From: Felis catus
Lineage: Eukaryota
Direction of reading: 5' to 3'
Assembly: GCF_018350175.1 (NCBI RefSeq)
Contig: NC_058368.1
Span: forward strand, 152,832,001-152,896,000
DNA: 64,000 bases
Made by a program: the position numbers and the translations under genes
The notes under the pieces: model-generated
Databases searched by the model: none
Told to the model about the DNA's origin: nothing
The model's input: only the letters and a program-made list of their open reading frames with translations
Part shown: one piece after another, positions 36,761 through 49,267 of the stretch
How positions within the stretch are numbered: the stretch's first letter is position 1
Layout of the letters: every line of letters starts with the position of its first letter

Positions 36761-36896
36761 GGAGCCTTTCATTTTCTCATGGAGAACAAAGTAAAGGAGT
36801 CTTGCTGTGGACATTTCCCAGTCCTGGTCGTCCAGAGGCCTTTGTTATTCACCTCTCTGGGGTGCAGAGCAGTGCCCCTGGTGGGGCTCAACTTCG
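36761..36896 (+). CDS. ADGRV1: ADGRV1 exon (window exon 21, ~73), 136 nt, phase 1-2
   Basis: cttccag|GG AGC CTT...CTT CG|gtaaga; GSLSFSHGEQSKGVLLWTFPSPGRPEAFVIHLSGVQSSAPGGAQLR. Confidence 0.95.
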
Positions 36897-36932
36897 GTAA
36901 GATCCTCAACCAGCAAAACAAAGGGAATTTTC

Positions 36933-37156
36933 TTTTTTTTTTTTTAATTTTTTTTTTCAACATTTATTTATTTTTGGGACAGAGAGAGAGCATGAACGGG
37001 GGAGGGGCAGAGAGAGAGGGAGACACAGAACCGGAAACAGGCTCCAGGCTCTGAGTCATCAGCCCAGAGCCCGACGCGGGGCTCGAACTCACTGACTGCG
37101 AGATCGTGACCTGGCTGAAGTCGGACGCTTAACCGACTGCGCCACCCAGGCGCCCC
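36933..37156 (-). mobile_element. CanSINE, young feline subfamily
   Basis: Perfect 15-bp TSD ACAAAGGGAATTTTC (36918 and 37157). Confidence 0.96.
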
Positions 37157-38027
37157 ACAAAGGGAATTTTCAACCCAATTCTCAACCAATAAAATCTCTG
37201 AGGAATAGTGTGGAATTTAGCAGTTGAAACAGAAGAAGACACAGGATCACTTTCCTTGAAGCAGATGTGAGAACAGTTTTAGTGTAGAGCAACACATGGC
37301 CTGCATGCCAAAGATGCCACAGAGGGAGGCTGACTTTCCTAGAGTCACCGCCCTCCGCTTGCTTTGAAGAGAGTTCTTCCTGTCCTCTTCCTCCATAGTG
37401 TTGGCCTGGGTAATGCCTCCAGCAAAAACCGTGATGGCAAACCATCTGTTATTAAAGGAGGCTGTCTCCTGAGAATTTGCCAGAAAATACCTAATTTTCC
37501 CAAGGGATTAAGAATAAGAATAGGCATAGCAGGGTTATAATGTGACTTGTACTGGTGGCTCTTTTGAGTTTAATTTAAATCAGTACATTTGCAGATAAAT
37601 ATGTCCCAGTCAAAAGCAATTTACTTGTCTCATACCTGCGATGGGGTTGATCAGAATAGCAGAGGGCCGACCTTTAAGGTAGACTCATGGATTTAGTCCT
37701 GGCCCTGCCACTTATTTGCTGTGTGACTTTGCGAAAGTTACTTGATCTTTCTTCTCTTCACTTTACTTACTAGGAAGGTGGTGGAAAGGTGTGGGCAAAA
37801 CCAGCGTGTGTTCAAGTATGTTTGTATGCATGTTTAGATTTAAGAGATCTTGGTTGGCACACTCAAATATTTAAAAAGTATCTTAAAATGTTTTTTAAAT
37901 ATTTAAAAAATGTTTGGCCACAGAATGTAATGCTGGGTAAGAAATTTAAATGCTTTTAACAATAACAATAGTTAACAGTTTTATAATGCTTATGATAGGT
38001 CAGGCATTGTTTTGAGACACATATTTC

Positions 38028-38234
38028 AGGGCGCCTGGGTGGCTCAGTCAGTTAAGCGTCCAACTTCAGCTCAGGTCATGATCTCAACAGTTCGTGGGTT
38101 CAAGCCCTGCTTTAGGCTCAGTGCTGGCAGCTCAGAGCCTGGAGCCTGCTTCAGATTCTGTGTCTCCCTCTCTCTTGGCCCTTCCCCCACTCACACTCTA
38201 TTTCTTTCTCTCTCAAAAATAAACATTAAAAAAA
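38028..38234 (+). mobile_element. CanSINE
   Basis: Complete body and A tail. Confidence 0.93.
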
Positions 38235-39124
38235 GATATATTTTATAATTTGTATATATGGTGTTATATATGTCTTAATTATATTTTATATGTATACATG
38301 TATGTTTGCTATGACTTTACAACAGCCATATGACATGGATACTATTATTAGTCCCATTAGATGAAGAAAGAACTCATAGATATGTAATGTACCCCCCATC
38401 ACACAGCTTATAAGGTTGGGACCATAATTTGAACCCAGGCTGCCTGTCTACTTTCTGAGCTCTTAACCGCTATGCTATGTGTTGAGAGATAGGTGCTTGA
38501 CACTAGAGAGTGATGGGCTCTGGGGTGTCCTCCCTAAAGGATTAAAAAAACTGATTAAACAACAGGTAAAAAAAAAAACTGTTAGCTAAAGAAATTATGT
38601 CTGTGGTCTAAATTCTCTTGATGGGCCACCTGTGTTACCTCTGGCATAACCGTTAATTCACAACACAACTCCATAAGAAAAAGCTAAAGATAAATCACTC
38701 ATTTATGGATGTTTCTTCAAAGTCACATGAAAAATTTTAGCAAAAACTGTGTGAGAGAATAGTCCCATTACTGGCCAGCTGGAAGAAGCAAGGATTTTGC
38801 ATTTAATAGGGATAACCATTTCTATTTGGTAGATAAGAAATCTGGCTGACATCCAGAGCATCCTGAGTTTTTGGCTCCCTGTGTACTTATCATAAGAGAG
38901 AGCCTCCTGTTTCAAATTCTTCAGAGAACTGCTCTGGGATAAACTAGATATACAGGCCAGAGACCTGTATGTTCTTCACTGGGCTAATAAAACTTGTCAG
39001 GGCTTGTCACCCATGATCACAGCTTCTCTTCTTACATTTCTTGTGTTCTGGTGTATTCACTAATGCGTAAATAGGGTTTTATGGAATTTGAAAGGGCATG
39101 CCGTTTTTAAGGTGCCTCTCATGA

Positions 39125-39332
39125 GGGGCACCTCAGTGGCTCAGTAGGTTGGGTGTCCAACTCTTGATTTTAGCTCAGGTAATGATCTGGTTTGTGAGAT
39201 TGAGCCCTGTATCAGGCTCTGCACTGACAACGTGGAGCCTGCTTGGAATTCTCTCTCCCTCTCTCTCTGTCCCTCCCCAATGCACACATGCATGTGCACA
39301 TGCACTCTCCCTCTCAAAATACATAAATAAAC
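39125..39332 (+). mobile_element. CanSINE
   Basis: Degenerate TSD TTAAG.TGCC(T)CTCATGAG. Confidence 0.9.
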
Positions 39333-39432
39333 TTAAGATGCCCTCATGAGAAGCACCTTAAATATTTGAAAAATGAATCTCTACAATAGTATTCCTTTTT
39401 TTCATCTGTTCTTTCATGTTGTTTTTTTCCAG

Positions 39433-40541
39433 ATCAGGGTTCACCTTTGCTGAAATTGAACCAATGGGAGTCTTTCAATTTTCCCCTAGTTCAAGAAATG
39501 TCATCGTGTCAGAGGATACACAGATGATTAGATTATATGTCCAAAGACTCTTTGGGTTCCACGGCGATCTTATTAAAGTTTCTTATCAGACAACTGCAGG
39601 CAGTGCAAAGCCCATGGAAGACTTTGAGCCTGTTCAGAATGGGGAACTACTTTTTGAAAAATTCCAACCTGAGGTCAATATTGAAATAATCATTATTAAC
39701 AATCAGCTTCCTGAGGAAGAAGAAATGTTTTACATTAATCTTACTTCAGTAGAAATGAAAGGATTACAAAAGTTTGATGCTGATTGGAGACCACGCCTGA
39801 ATCTAGATTTCAGTGTGGCATTGATCTCAATATTGGATAATGATGACCCAGCGGGAATGGGTGTTTCTTTCCCTGAGACAACTGTGGCCATAGCAGTTGA
39901 CACAGCTCTCATTCCTGTAGAAACTGACTTCTCAAGCACATACCCTGACACAACCACGATAAATGCTGTTCCACAGCCCTCTGAAATGGTTGCCATTGTT
40001 CCTGAGGCAACTGGTGTATCCGCCATCCCTGAGAAACTTGTCACTGTCCCTGATACATCTACCTTGCCTGGGAAGCCCGAGGTGTCCACTGTCACTGCAA
40101 ATGTTTCCATCCATGGAACATTTAGTCTTGGGCCACCTGTTGTTTATGTTGAAGAAGAGGTGAAAAATGGTACATCTAATGCTGTAGAAGTTTTGATCCG
40201 AAGAACTGGTGGGTCTACTGGCAACGTCAGCATAACAGTTAAAACTTTTGGTGAAAGATCTTCTCAGAAGGAACCAAATGCGTTGCCCTTTCATGATATC
40301 TATGGAATTTCCAACCTAACGTGGGCAACTGAAGAAGAAGATTTTGAAGAACAAACTGTTACCCTTACATTTGTAGATGGAGAAAGAGAACATAAAGTAT
40401 TGGTTCAAATTTTGGATGATGATGAGCCCGAGGGGCAAGAATTCTTCTATGTGTTTCTCACAGACCCTCAAGGAGGAGCACAGATTGTGAAGGGGAAGGA
40501 TGATGGTGGATTTGCAGCCTTTGCCATGGTCATTATTACAG
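39433..40541 (+). CDS. ADGRV1: ADGRV1 large exon (window exon 22, ~74), 1109 nt, phase 2-1
   Basis: tttccag|A TCA GGG...ACA G|gtataa; core of the 395-aa ORF; Calx-beta motifs (TAGSAKPMEDF, ILDDDEPEGQEFFYV) flanking a Thr/Pro-rich linker. Confidence 0.97.
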
Positions 40542-42279
40542 GTATAATGGAGATAAAAATGTACTTTTGTGGTAAAAAATTTGTAATAATATTACTGTCT
40601 TAAATTTAATTTGAGAGGGTGACTTACTTGAATTGCTCATAGTTATTCATTAAACCATTGTTTTCTTGTGGCAGGAACCCATAACATGAACTCATGATAT
40701 TATTCTGGGGCGCCAAGCTCGAATTTAATTGTACTGTAAATGTCACTTAGCTCAGATCTAGTTAAACAATCTATAAATTTATACTTTCACAGTATTAGGA
40801 GGACCATAAAAATGCTTAAGACCATGTTGTTCCGCTGGAAAATATTTAATTTAATTATCCAAACACATGATTGCATATCCTTTTGTGAAACCTCATTCTG
40901 CATTTCTGAACCACTTTCAATAATCCATCCCTAAATCTAAGTCTCAATGCTAGGAAATTCTTTATGTTGGGAAATAGATGAAAACTCTTTTATTTTGTTC
41001 TCCTTTTGAACCATTGCAGTTTTTATAACTTCTTTACTATTGGGTATATAAATTACAATAGATTAAAAATTTACTGATTTTTTAAGAGTTTCTTGTGCAT
41101 CTTATAAAATGTTTCAGTGATAATTGGTAGTTTCCTCTGAAATCATACTGTGTTTCTTAAAGTTGTTTAGCTCAGCTTGTCAGTATCTTACCCTAATTAG
41201 AGTATTGACGAGGCCATCTTATGATTCTTACCTACTCTGCTCTTTTTTATAAACATTTATGAATTTTACGCAGTGCTTCAGAGTTTCAGATGACACTATG
41301 ATAAAATAGTGTAGTGGAAAGGAAACTAAATGTCATGGCTCCTATATTTATGGACCACATCAACCATTAATTGGGAGACTTGATGAAATCATTTAGTGTC
41401 TACTCTTTATGTTTCTATTTTATAAACGGAAAATTTTAGAATAAACATCTTTATTACCCTTTTAGGATTTGATGCCTCCTAGAATTTTTATTTTAGCCAT
41501 TCAGTAGTAATTAAATCATAATTTTGCAATTGTATAACTTCCTTTTATACCCAGCCAGAATTGTCATTTATTCCTCTTCCTCTAGTTTATTGAGTATTGT
41601 AAGTTGTAATTCTTTTCACCAAGTTATTTACTGATTTTGATTCAGTTTAGGTTAATGCATCTATATTTTTCTATCAAAATTATTTTGACAGTATCCTCCT
41701 CCCCCATGCTATAGGATAGATATTTAATTACAGTTATTTGACTATGACGAGGGATCCATCAAAATACTTAGCAGCTAGTGTGGCAGAGGCCCAGACCAGT
41801 CAAAATGGTTGCCAGAGGCTCCTTGATATCCTAAGCATTTCCCCAGTAGTTACTGGATTGTGGAGACATCTTGTGGCCCTGGTTACAGGGTCAGGAGAGG
41901 GTGCTTCGGGTGCTCAGAAAAGCAGCTGTGTACACGTGGAATGGAGGTGCTCCTCACTCAGTATGGCGTACCAATACCAGTGCATAGCTGTGTGGCATGC
42001 CAACACCATACTGATGTGACATACCAGTGCCTACCCATATACCAGCCCTGAGCCTAACTCACCAGGCAAACAGTCACTCAGCTGAGCCTTGATGAGGTTC
42101 TCTAATGTTTATTCCCTACATAGGGTACACTGACGATACACATAGGGCAAATGATAACTCCTCACCATACCTACCTCTTACTGTCACGTGATGTAATCTA
42201 TGGGACAACATCTGAAGTACATTTGCATGGTCATATACCCCCTTATTTGTCTTCTTTTCTCCTGGCTTTTTATTTTAAA

Positions 42280-42296
42280 TTTTATTTTATTTTAAT

Positions 42297-42340
<44 letters not shown>

Positions 42341-42531
42341 GAAAGAGAGAGAGAGAGAGAGTGAGCGAGCATGAGCAGGGGAGGGGCAGAGAGGGAGACA
42401 CAGAATCTGAAAGGGACTCTGGACTCTGAGCTGTTAGCCCAGAGCCTGACATGGGGCTCGAACTCACAAACTACGAGATCATGACCTGAGCCAAAGTCGG
42501 ATGCCCAACGGACTGAGCCACCAAGTGCCCC
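42280..42531 (-). mobile_element. CanSINE with a long poly-T run
   Basis: TSD CTGGCTTTTTATTTTAAA (42262 and 42534). Confidence 0.94.
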
Positions 42532-44033
42532 ATCTGGCTTTTTATTTTAAAGTAATATTTCCTTTTTAACGACATTAGTTTTTCCCGTTCTTCTTATCTT
42601 TCACTAATCTGCATAGTCTTTTCACATTTAGACTTTAGAACAAACTTTCAAAATAATATCAGGAGAAAATAGTTTATCATTTAGTTTTGGGTTTGATCAT
42701 TAGCACATTACAAGTCTTAATTCATCTTACTAGAAACTTGACATCAATTTTATGATCGTAGATGTGGCAAGGGAAGCATTGTGTTCATCAGAACCATGCT
42801 CAGTGCTGTATAACTGGAAAAGAAAATGAAGGTTCTGCTTGTGAGAAGTTTATATTCTATTTGGAGAGACAAATCCCCACCAAAATGACAAGGAAACTGT
42901 TGCTACCAAAGAAAAAAGTTGCTGACAGGTTCTGATGCAGGGCTAAGAAGTGATCGCAGTGATTAATGAGTGAGGATGAAGACTGGCAGTCCGGCTGAAA
43001 TGAGGCACACATGAGACACCAGGACAAAATGGTTCATCACCTGCATGTCCCTAATTAATAGGCTCCACATCTACTCACACTTCACACCTGCAAAGTAGGG
43101 GCTGGTGACTCCTGGAGCTCCCTCATTGGGACCATTAGGTGGTTTGCTGTTTCCTTACCCCGACCCCTAACTTCAGAGGTTCTGTCTCCTTAGAACCCCA
43201 GCAGTGAGGTTGCACAGTGACGGGCACAAGCGGTTTTTGAAGCTAATTGCTTTGGGGTCATTGCTTTTAGGATCACTTTGCAAAACTGGGTCATTGAGAA
43301 GTAGAAAGCAGCAGGCAGGAACTGTTTACTGGCATATCTGTAGTCTGAGAAGCTAGCTTACATGCTGGCAAAGATTTGGAGTGACTGTTTCAGTGCAGTG
43401 TGGGCCCTTGGTTTGCTCGAGTTTAAACACAGTTTGTAGTATGATGGTGCATGTAACCTCCAGTGTTGCTCAGAGTTGTTTCTTTTACTCAGAGATACTT
43501 AGGAGTTCCTTAATAGTTATGTTTTTCTCTGGGGGAAATAACCAAATGCATAACATGAATGGTCTTATAGGAAGGAAAATCAGTTAAATGCAGTTCATTA
43601 TTCAGCAAATATTCATTAAACACTTACAATATGCTGGACACTGTTATGGATACTGAGAATATAGCAGTAAACAGAAATGTTGCTACTGTGGTAGAATATA
43701 CTAACTTTCAACAGTAAACATATGTAAAATGTAAAGAAAGGGCTATCAAATATAAAATAGTCTCATCAGAGAGAAATGAGCATGTGTCAGTGTGGAATAT
43801 AGGAAATTATGTTTTCTTTCTTCTGGTATTATGTTCTCAAAGTACTCTCAATACTACCTTGGTATTATCATTTTGATTCTAGTCTACTTTTAGTAAAGAT
43901 CTTTAAAAATTGTAACTGCCCCTACTCACTTAATATTTCTCACTTCTACACCGTCTGAGCTGGAAAGATTAGCAAAGCATTGGAGATCTTCTAGAGTCTT
44001 GAGTATATTATAACCCTCCTTTTTACTTATCAG

Positions 44034-44151
44034 GGAGTGATCTTCACAATGGCATCATCGGGTTCAGTGAGGAGTCCCAGAGTGGACTGGAGCTGGGTGA
44101 AGGAGCTGATAAGAACAGACTGCATCTTACTGTCACACGGCAACCAAACAG
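44034..44151 (+). CDS. ADGRV1: ADGRV1 exon (window exon 23, ~75), 118 nt, phase 1-2; absent from ORF track
   Basis: ttatcag|GG AGT GAT...AAC AG|gtatgt; GSDLHNGIIGFSEESQSGLELGEGADKNRLHLTVTRQPN. Confidence 0.95.
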
Positions 44152-45023
44152 GTATGTTGATACATATATATGTAGCAGATAGAATATCCTATGTGTCTGT
44201 ATAGTATCTGATTTGAATTCATAAAATGGTAAAAACAGGATGAAATGCTGATAGAAGGTCATGTGGAATTTGGTATGTCAGTGTTTGGATGCTGTAGTTC
44301 CTAATCTGTGATTTAACACACTTGGTTAATGAGTGTGACTTAGGGCCACCTTGAATATTTTGTACTTCATAAAGTACCATACAGACAGAAGATTATGGAA
44401 AGTCATCACTTCAGCAAATTTACTATTCTCTGATCACTCCACGTACACAACTATTTTATTAGGGAAACATGGAGTATCAAAATTTTGCTTGCAACTTAAT
44501 ACTCCACAGTACACATCTTCTGAATGCTTATCACAGACATACATGTGTTATGCACCCATATACTTGGGTGTAAATTATCTTTTCCATTTTGGGCCTAAAT
44601 TCTCTGGAAATGTCAGTCATCTCTTGCCCTTTATTTTTATAATAACGATCATTTTTAGCAGTAGTGTGTTTCCCTTAGAAGAATTGTTGTGAAAAGACAA
44701 AGAACACTTACTTGAAGGCAGGGGTAAGTGAGCATACTAGGCTGAGAGATATTATTTGTTTCCACATTCTTGATACATAGTAGTTTAAGAAGTACTTACT
44801 CAGGTTTGAATAGAGTGTGGTCAAAGAATGCCACGTAAACTCTGGCCTTGATTTTTTAAGGGTAATGATTAGGTGAATTGGTTACCTTCAGCTTTATCAG
44901 TGGTCAAGGAAGTGCTATGTTTTGGGTGAAGAGGTACACTTAAGCGCAATGATACGTTCTGCATTAGGCACAGGGATAACACTCTCTGCTATTGCATTTG
45001 CATAGGTTTTGCTTTGTTCCTAG

Positions 45024-45195
45024 GGCCTTTGAAGATGTCAGGATCTTTTGGCGAGTCACATTTAACAAAACAGCTGCCGTACTCCAGAAAGATGGTGTGA
45101 ACCTGATGGATGAACTTCTATCTGTATCAGGGACCACAACCTGTACAGTGGGTCAAACAAAGTGCCTTGTCACCATTGAGCTCAAACTGGGGAAG
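45024..45195 (+). CDS. ADGRV1: ADGRV1 exon (window exon 24, ~76), 172 nt, phase 2-0
   Basis: ttcctag|G GCC TTT...GGG AAG|gtaaga; RAFEDVRIFWRVTFNKT...SGTTTCTVGQTKCLVTIELKLGK. Confidence 0.95.
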
Positions 45196-45383
45196 GTAAG
45201 AAATGATGAGGAACTGTGTTTTCAACTTCTAATTATATTTCTGCAGAATTAATAATTTTAGAGTCACTTTATTGCAATTTACACATTGGTTATGTGGAGA
45301 TTCTTTGTGTCTCGCCTAGCCATAATATCTAAATCTCTTTTCTAGGTAACAGACTTGAGACTTACAAATTATTACATAATGAA

Positions 45384-45447
45384 TTTTTTTTAATATTTAT
45401 GTTTTTATTTTGAGAGAGAGAGAGACAGCACAAGCAGGGGGAGGGGC

Positions 45448-45484
<37 letters not shown>

Positions 45485-45566
45485 AGGAGAGAGAGAGAAG
45501 CCCAAGCAGGTTTCATGCAGGTTCCAAGAAACAGATGCTCAACCAACTGAGCCACTCAGGTGCCCC
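45384..45566 (-). mobile_element. CanSINE, internally deleted
   Basis: Head and (GA)n present, B-box region missing; TSD ATGAATTTTTT. Confidence 0.85.
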
Positions 45567-46200
45567 TATATTATGAATTTTTTAATAAGCTCGTCAGTTG
45601 CGCACCTAAAACTAATACATTATATGTCAATTTTATCTCAATAATACCAAAAAATCTCATCAGTTTTCTCCATTTCTGTTTCTTGTCATTTTCAAGGTTC
45701 TTCTGGGGCCACATGCTCATAGTGTGAATGATGCCTTGAATCATTTTCAGTCTAAATGTTTAATGTTTTGCTCTTATCATACCCATAATTTTGCCTAAAT
45801 CATACTATATCCATAGATTTCATCCACAGAATGAAAGTTCTCTCATTCTTTATTCATATATGGAGAGAGTTCACTTTTGATCTACCATTCTTGGTGAATG
45901 TTTGGATAAATTTCTATGCATTTGTTTTGTACATGGCACTCAGGAGACAGGCAGGCCCTGTCTTTCCATAGGAATCTGCATTATTCACATGGTATTAGTC
46001 ACTGATGACTTACCAGAGCTTAAGTCTTTTAGTAAATGTGTGTGACCTTTTTTTTTTTTTTTTTTTTTTAATGACTGGTGATAATTTAATGCCTAGGGAG
46101 CACTCAGTATTTTTTGCCCACTACTTAATTTATTACAGTCAAATATTTAACATAAAAACTAGCCATAATATTATGAATGTTCAAAAGTATCAAGGTTTTT

Positions 46201-46417
46201 GGGGCGCCTGGGTGGCTCAGTCGGTTAAGTGTCCAACTTCGACTCAGGTCATGATCTCACGGTTTGTGAGTTTGAGCCCCATGTGGGGCTCTGTGCTAAC
46301 AGCTCAGAGCGTGGAGCCTGCTTCAGATTCTTTGTGTCCTCCTCTCTCTGTCCCTCCCATGCTCATGCTCTATCTCTGTCTCTCAATAATAAATAAACGT
46401 TAAAAAAAATTTTTTTT
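46201..46417 (+). mobile_element. CanSINE
   Basis: TSD AAGTATCA.GGTTT. Confidence 0.94.
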
Positions 46418-47561
46418 AAGTATCATGGTTTCTTTCTCCATGCCACACACTTCAAACAGCAGAAAAAGTATGCACAAATGCAATTATTCCAAAACGTGTA
46501 ACTGTGCTTAAATCCATTCTAAATAGCAATGTTGTAGATTAAATTTTTTTTCATTTTTTTCTCTTATTTTTTCACTTTCTGAGGATCTCTGTACCCGTGA
46601 TATTGATCTTCCCTAAGGTTACACTAGTATTTATTTTCATACCTTCCTGGAATTGTAATAATTTTACTGGCTCCAAAAGAGAAATAATACTTATTTTAGG
46701 AGGTTATGTATTCTTGGTTATCACTACTTTCTTCTTTGTTGGTATTACGGGTCCTGGTTCTTGTCTAAAGTTGTTTCACATAAGAATTGCTGGTCATCTG
46801 GTTGGGATCTATTTTATGACTTCACTTGTTAGATCATTGGGTTTTTTTTTTTTTTTAAGCTCATGCCTCAGAGGTTGATTTTTTTTTTTTAACACCATGT
46901 TTTTCTTCCTTGTTTTTCTTTTCCATGTTTTTCTTTTCTTTATTCTTTGAGCTTTGCACTGCCAGCTTTACGTTAATCATTGCTTTATCATTCTTGTGAC
47001 AGGAGCTGGTCTATTAGAGGTATTGGGAATATACGCCTTGTTAGTGTCTTGTTGTATTTAGGAGGGCAATCTGGAGGCTTCATCTCATAAAAGATGAGAT
47101 AACCAGCCTGTGTTCTTAGGGCATCTCTTTAGCTCCTCTCTTCTGTGACACTGGAACCACACAGTTGTGTAATCTTTCACCTTGTGTGTGACTACCAGCA
47201 TTCTTTACCTTCTGACTGGTTTTCATCTTTATTTATATGTGTTTCATAGGTCCGAACAATTTATTCCTGTTATTGGTACAGTTCTTACTCCTTCTAGGAA
47301 TGTTGTCTTATTCACATTTTTTTATTAGCTCTTTGCTACTTACGTATGCAAAGAATGTTTGTTATTCTTTAATGAATGAACACATATTTAATAAAAGACA
47401 TAAATATCCAGGTACGTTAACAGTCTCCTTCACATTAAAGTTAATAAAATATTCAGTACATACTTTATATTCACATTTATTTTCCATTATAATCATTTTT
47501 TACACACTTTGGTAACTTTTCTCCTTGAAGTATCATTATAGACTCAAATTCAACTACTTTT

Positions 47562-47976
47562 TTTCAATTAAAAAAATTTTATTGAAGTATAGTAGACACA
47601 AAGTATAGTTTCAGGTGTGTGGTGTAGTGATTTGGCAAGTCTCTATTTTATATTTGTGTGCAATGCAAGTATAGCTATCTGTAACTACCATATAATGCTA
47701 TTACAGTATCACTGACTGTATTCCTTATGCTCTACCCTTCACCCATGTGACTTATTCCATAACTGGAAGCCTGTATCTCCCACTCCCCTTCACCTGTTGT
47801 GCCCGGTCCCCTATCCCCCTTCTTTCTGGTAGTCATATGGGTGTGTTTCGGCTTTTATGTTTGTTTGTTCATTTGTTTCATTTTTTAGATTCCACGTACA
47901 AGTGATGAAATCACATATGGTATTAGTCTTTCTCTATCCGACTTATTTCTCTTAACATAAATACCCTCTAGGTTTA
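47562..47976 (-). mobile_element. Older L1 3'-end fragment
   Basis: TTTTATTGAAGTATAG...TTTCAGGTG...TTAGATTCCAC...GACTTATTTC...ACCCTCTAGGTT, antisense L1 3' UTR/ORF2 end. Confidence 0.8.
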
Positions 47977-47989
47977 TCAACTAATTTTA

Positions 47990-48227
47990 TTTTTTTTTTT
48001 ATTTTTTTATTAAATTTTTTTCAACGTTTTTTATTTATTTTTGGGACAGAGAGAGACAGAGCATGAACGGGGGAGGGGCAGAGAGAGAGGGAGACACAGA
48101 ATCAGAAACAGGCTCCAGGCTCCGAGCCATCAGCCCAGAGCCCGATGCGGGGCTCGAACTCACGGACCGCGAGATCGTGACCAGGCTGAAGTCGGATGCT
48201 GAACCGACTGCGCCACCCAGGCGCCCC
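47990..48227 (-). mobile_element. CanSINE, young feline subfamily
   Basis: Perfect TSD TCAACTAATTTTA (47977 and 48228). Confidence 0.96.
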
Positions 48228-48348
48228 TCAACTAATTTTAATTACTTACTGAATGACTTTCTTTTCACTCCTCAAATGGCCATGGAATGGCCACTGAAAG
48301 TCCTATTAAGATCATTTTTTGGTCTTTTCCTATTATTTTAAAGTTCTG

Positions 48349-48538
48349 TGGGCATCTGGGTAGCTCAAACTTCAACTCATGATTTCGGCTCAGGCCATCA
48401 TCTCGCGGTTTGTGAGTTCGAGCCCACATCAGGCTCTGCACTGACAGCGCTGCACCTGCTTGGAATTCTTTATGTCTTCGTCCCCCACTCATGCTCTCTC
48501 TCTCAAAATAAATAAATAAACTTAAAAACAAAATAAAA
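48349..48538 (+). mobile_element. CanSINE, diverged
   Basis: GTGAGTTCGAGCCCACATCAGGCTCTGCACTGACAG body, A tail. Confidence 0.85.
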
Positions 48539-49067
48539 CTCCGGAAGTATTTTTGCTTTATGGCAGTAACATATATCTCATAGCCATTCTGATTTTTCCT
48601 GATCTAAGACATCCAATCAACTACCATCCAGGGAGTTGATTTATTTCATCCAGAAGAGTTGTAGAGATCTAAATATACGTTCTAGATACACATGGGAGTT
48701 GATGGTTGGCAAAGGTGCCGCTGCTGTGGGCCGCCTTACTAGTGATAGAGCTAGAAAATATTTTAAAAATATTAAGTCCCACTGATTTTACCTAATTTAA
48801 CATATCATTTTATCATACTTTATTTTTCTTGAGGAGTTTCATTAGCTGCTAATAGTTTCTGTTGCACCAAAATTTCAATATTCAAAACTTTTGATGTTAT
48901 TCTACTTGGAAACATGTAAGTCCTCTTCTAGGCCTTTTTCAAAAAGTTTCATGCCTTCAACCCCCAACAACCCCATATTTCCTAACTATCCCTTAGGGAC
49001 TAATCAAAATACTGCTAACTCCATGATGCCTCCCCTGATATCTCCAGTTAGAATTCTTAAGTCTCTT

Positions 49068-49267
49068 GGGGCGCCTGGATGGCTCAGTCGGTTAAGTGTC
49101 CAGCTTCAGCTCAGGTCATGATCTTGCAGCCCGTGAGTTCGAGCCCCATGTCATGTTCTGTGCTGACATCTCAGAGCCTGAAACCTGCTTCAGAATCTGT
49201 CCTCTCTCTGTCCCTTCCCTGCTCACATCTCTCTGTCTCTCAAAACCAAATAAATATTAAAAAAAAA
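49068..49267 (+). mobile_element. CanSINE
   Basis: TSD AATTCTTAAGTCTCT. Confidence 0.94.

Noticed and set aside
37315..37330. GCCACAGAGGGAGG as a second CTCF site
   Set aside because: Several core mismatches and wrong spacing
39730..40294. Minus-strand ORFs of 126 and 120 aa (also those at 17785 and 58736)
   Set aside because: Shadow ORFs opposite ADGRV1 exons with no independent coding evidence
41886..42050. CAGGG...CCCTG segment with an internal inverted repeat (CAGTATGG/CCATACTG) as a hAT MITE
   Set aside because: No TSD found and I cannot assign a family; needs a Dfam search
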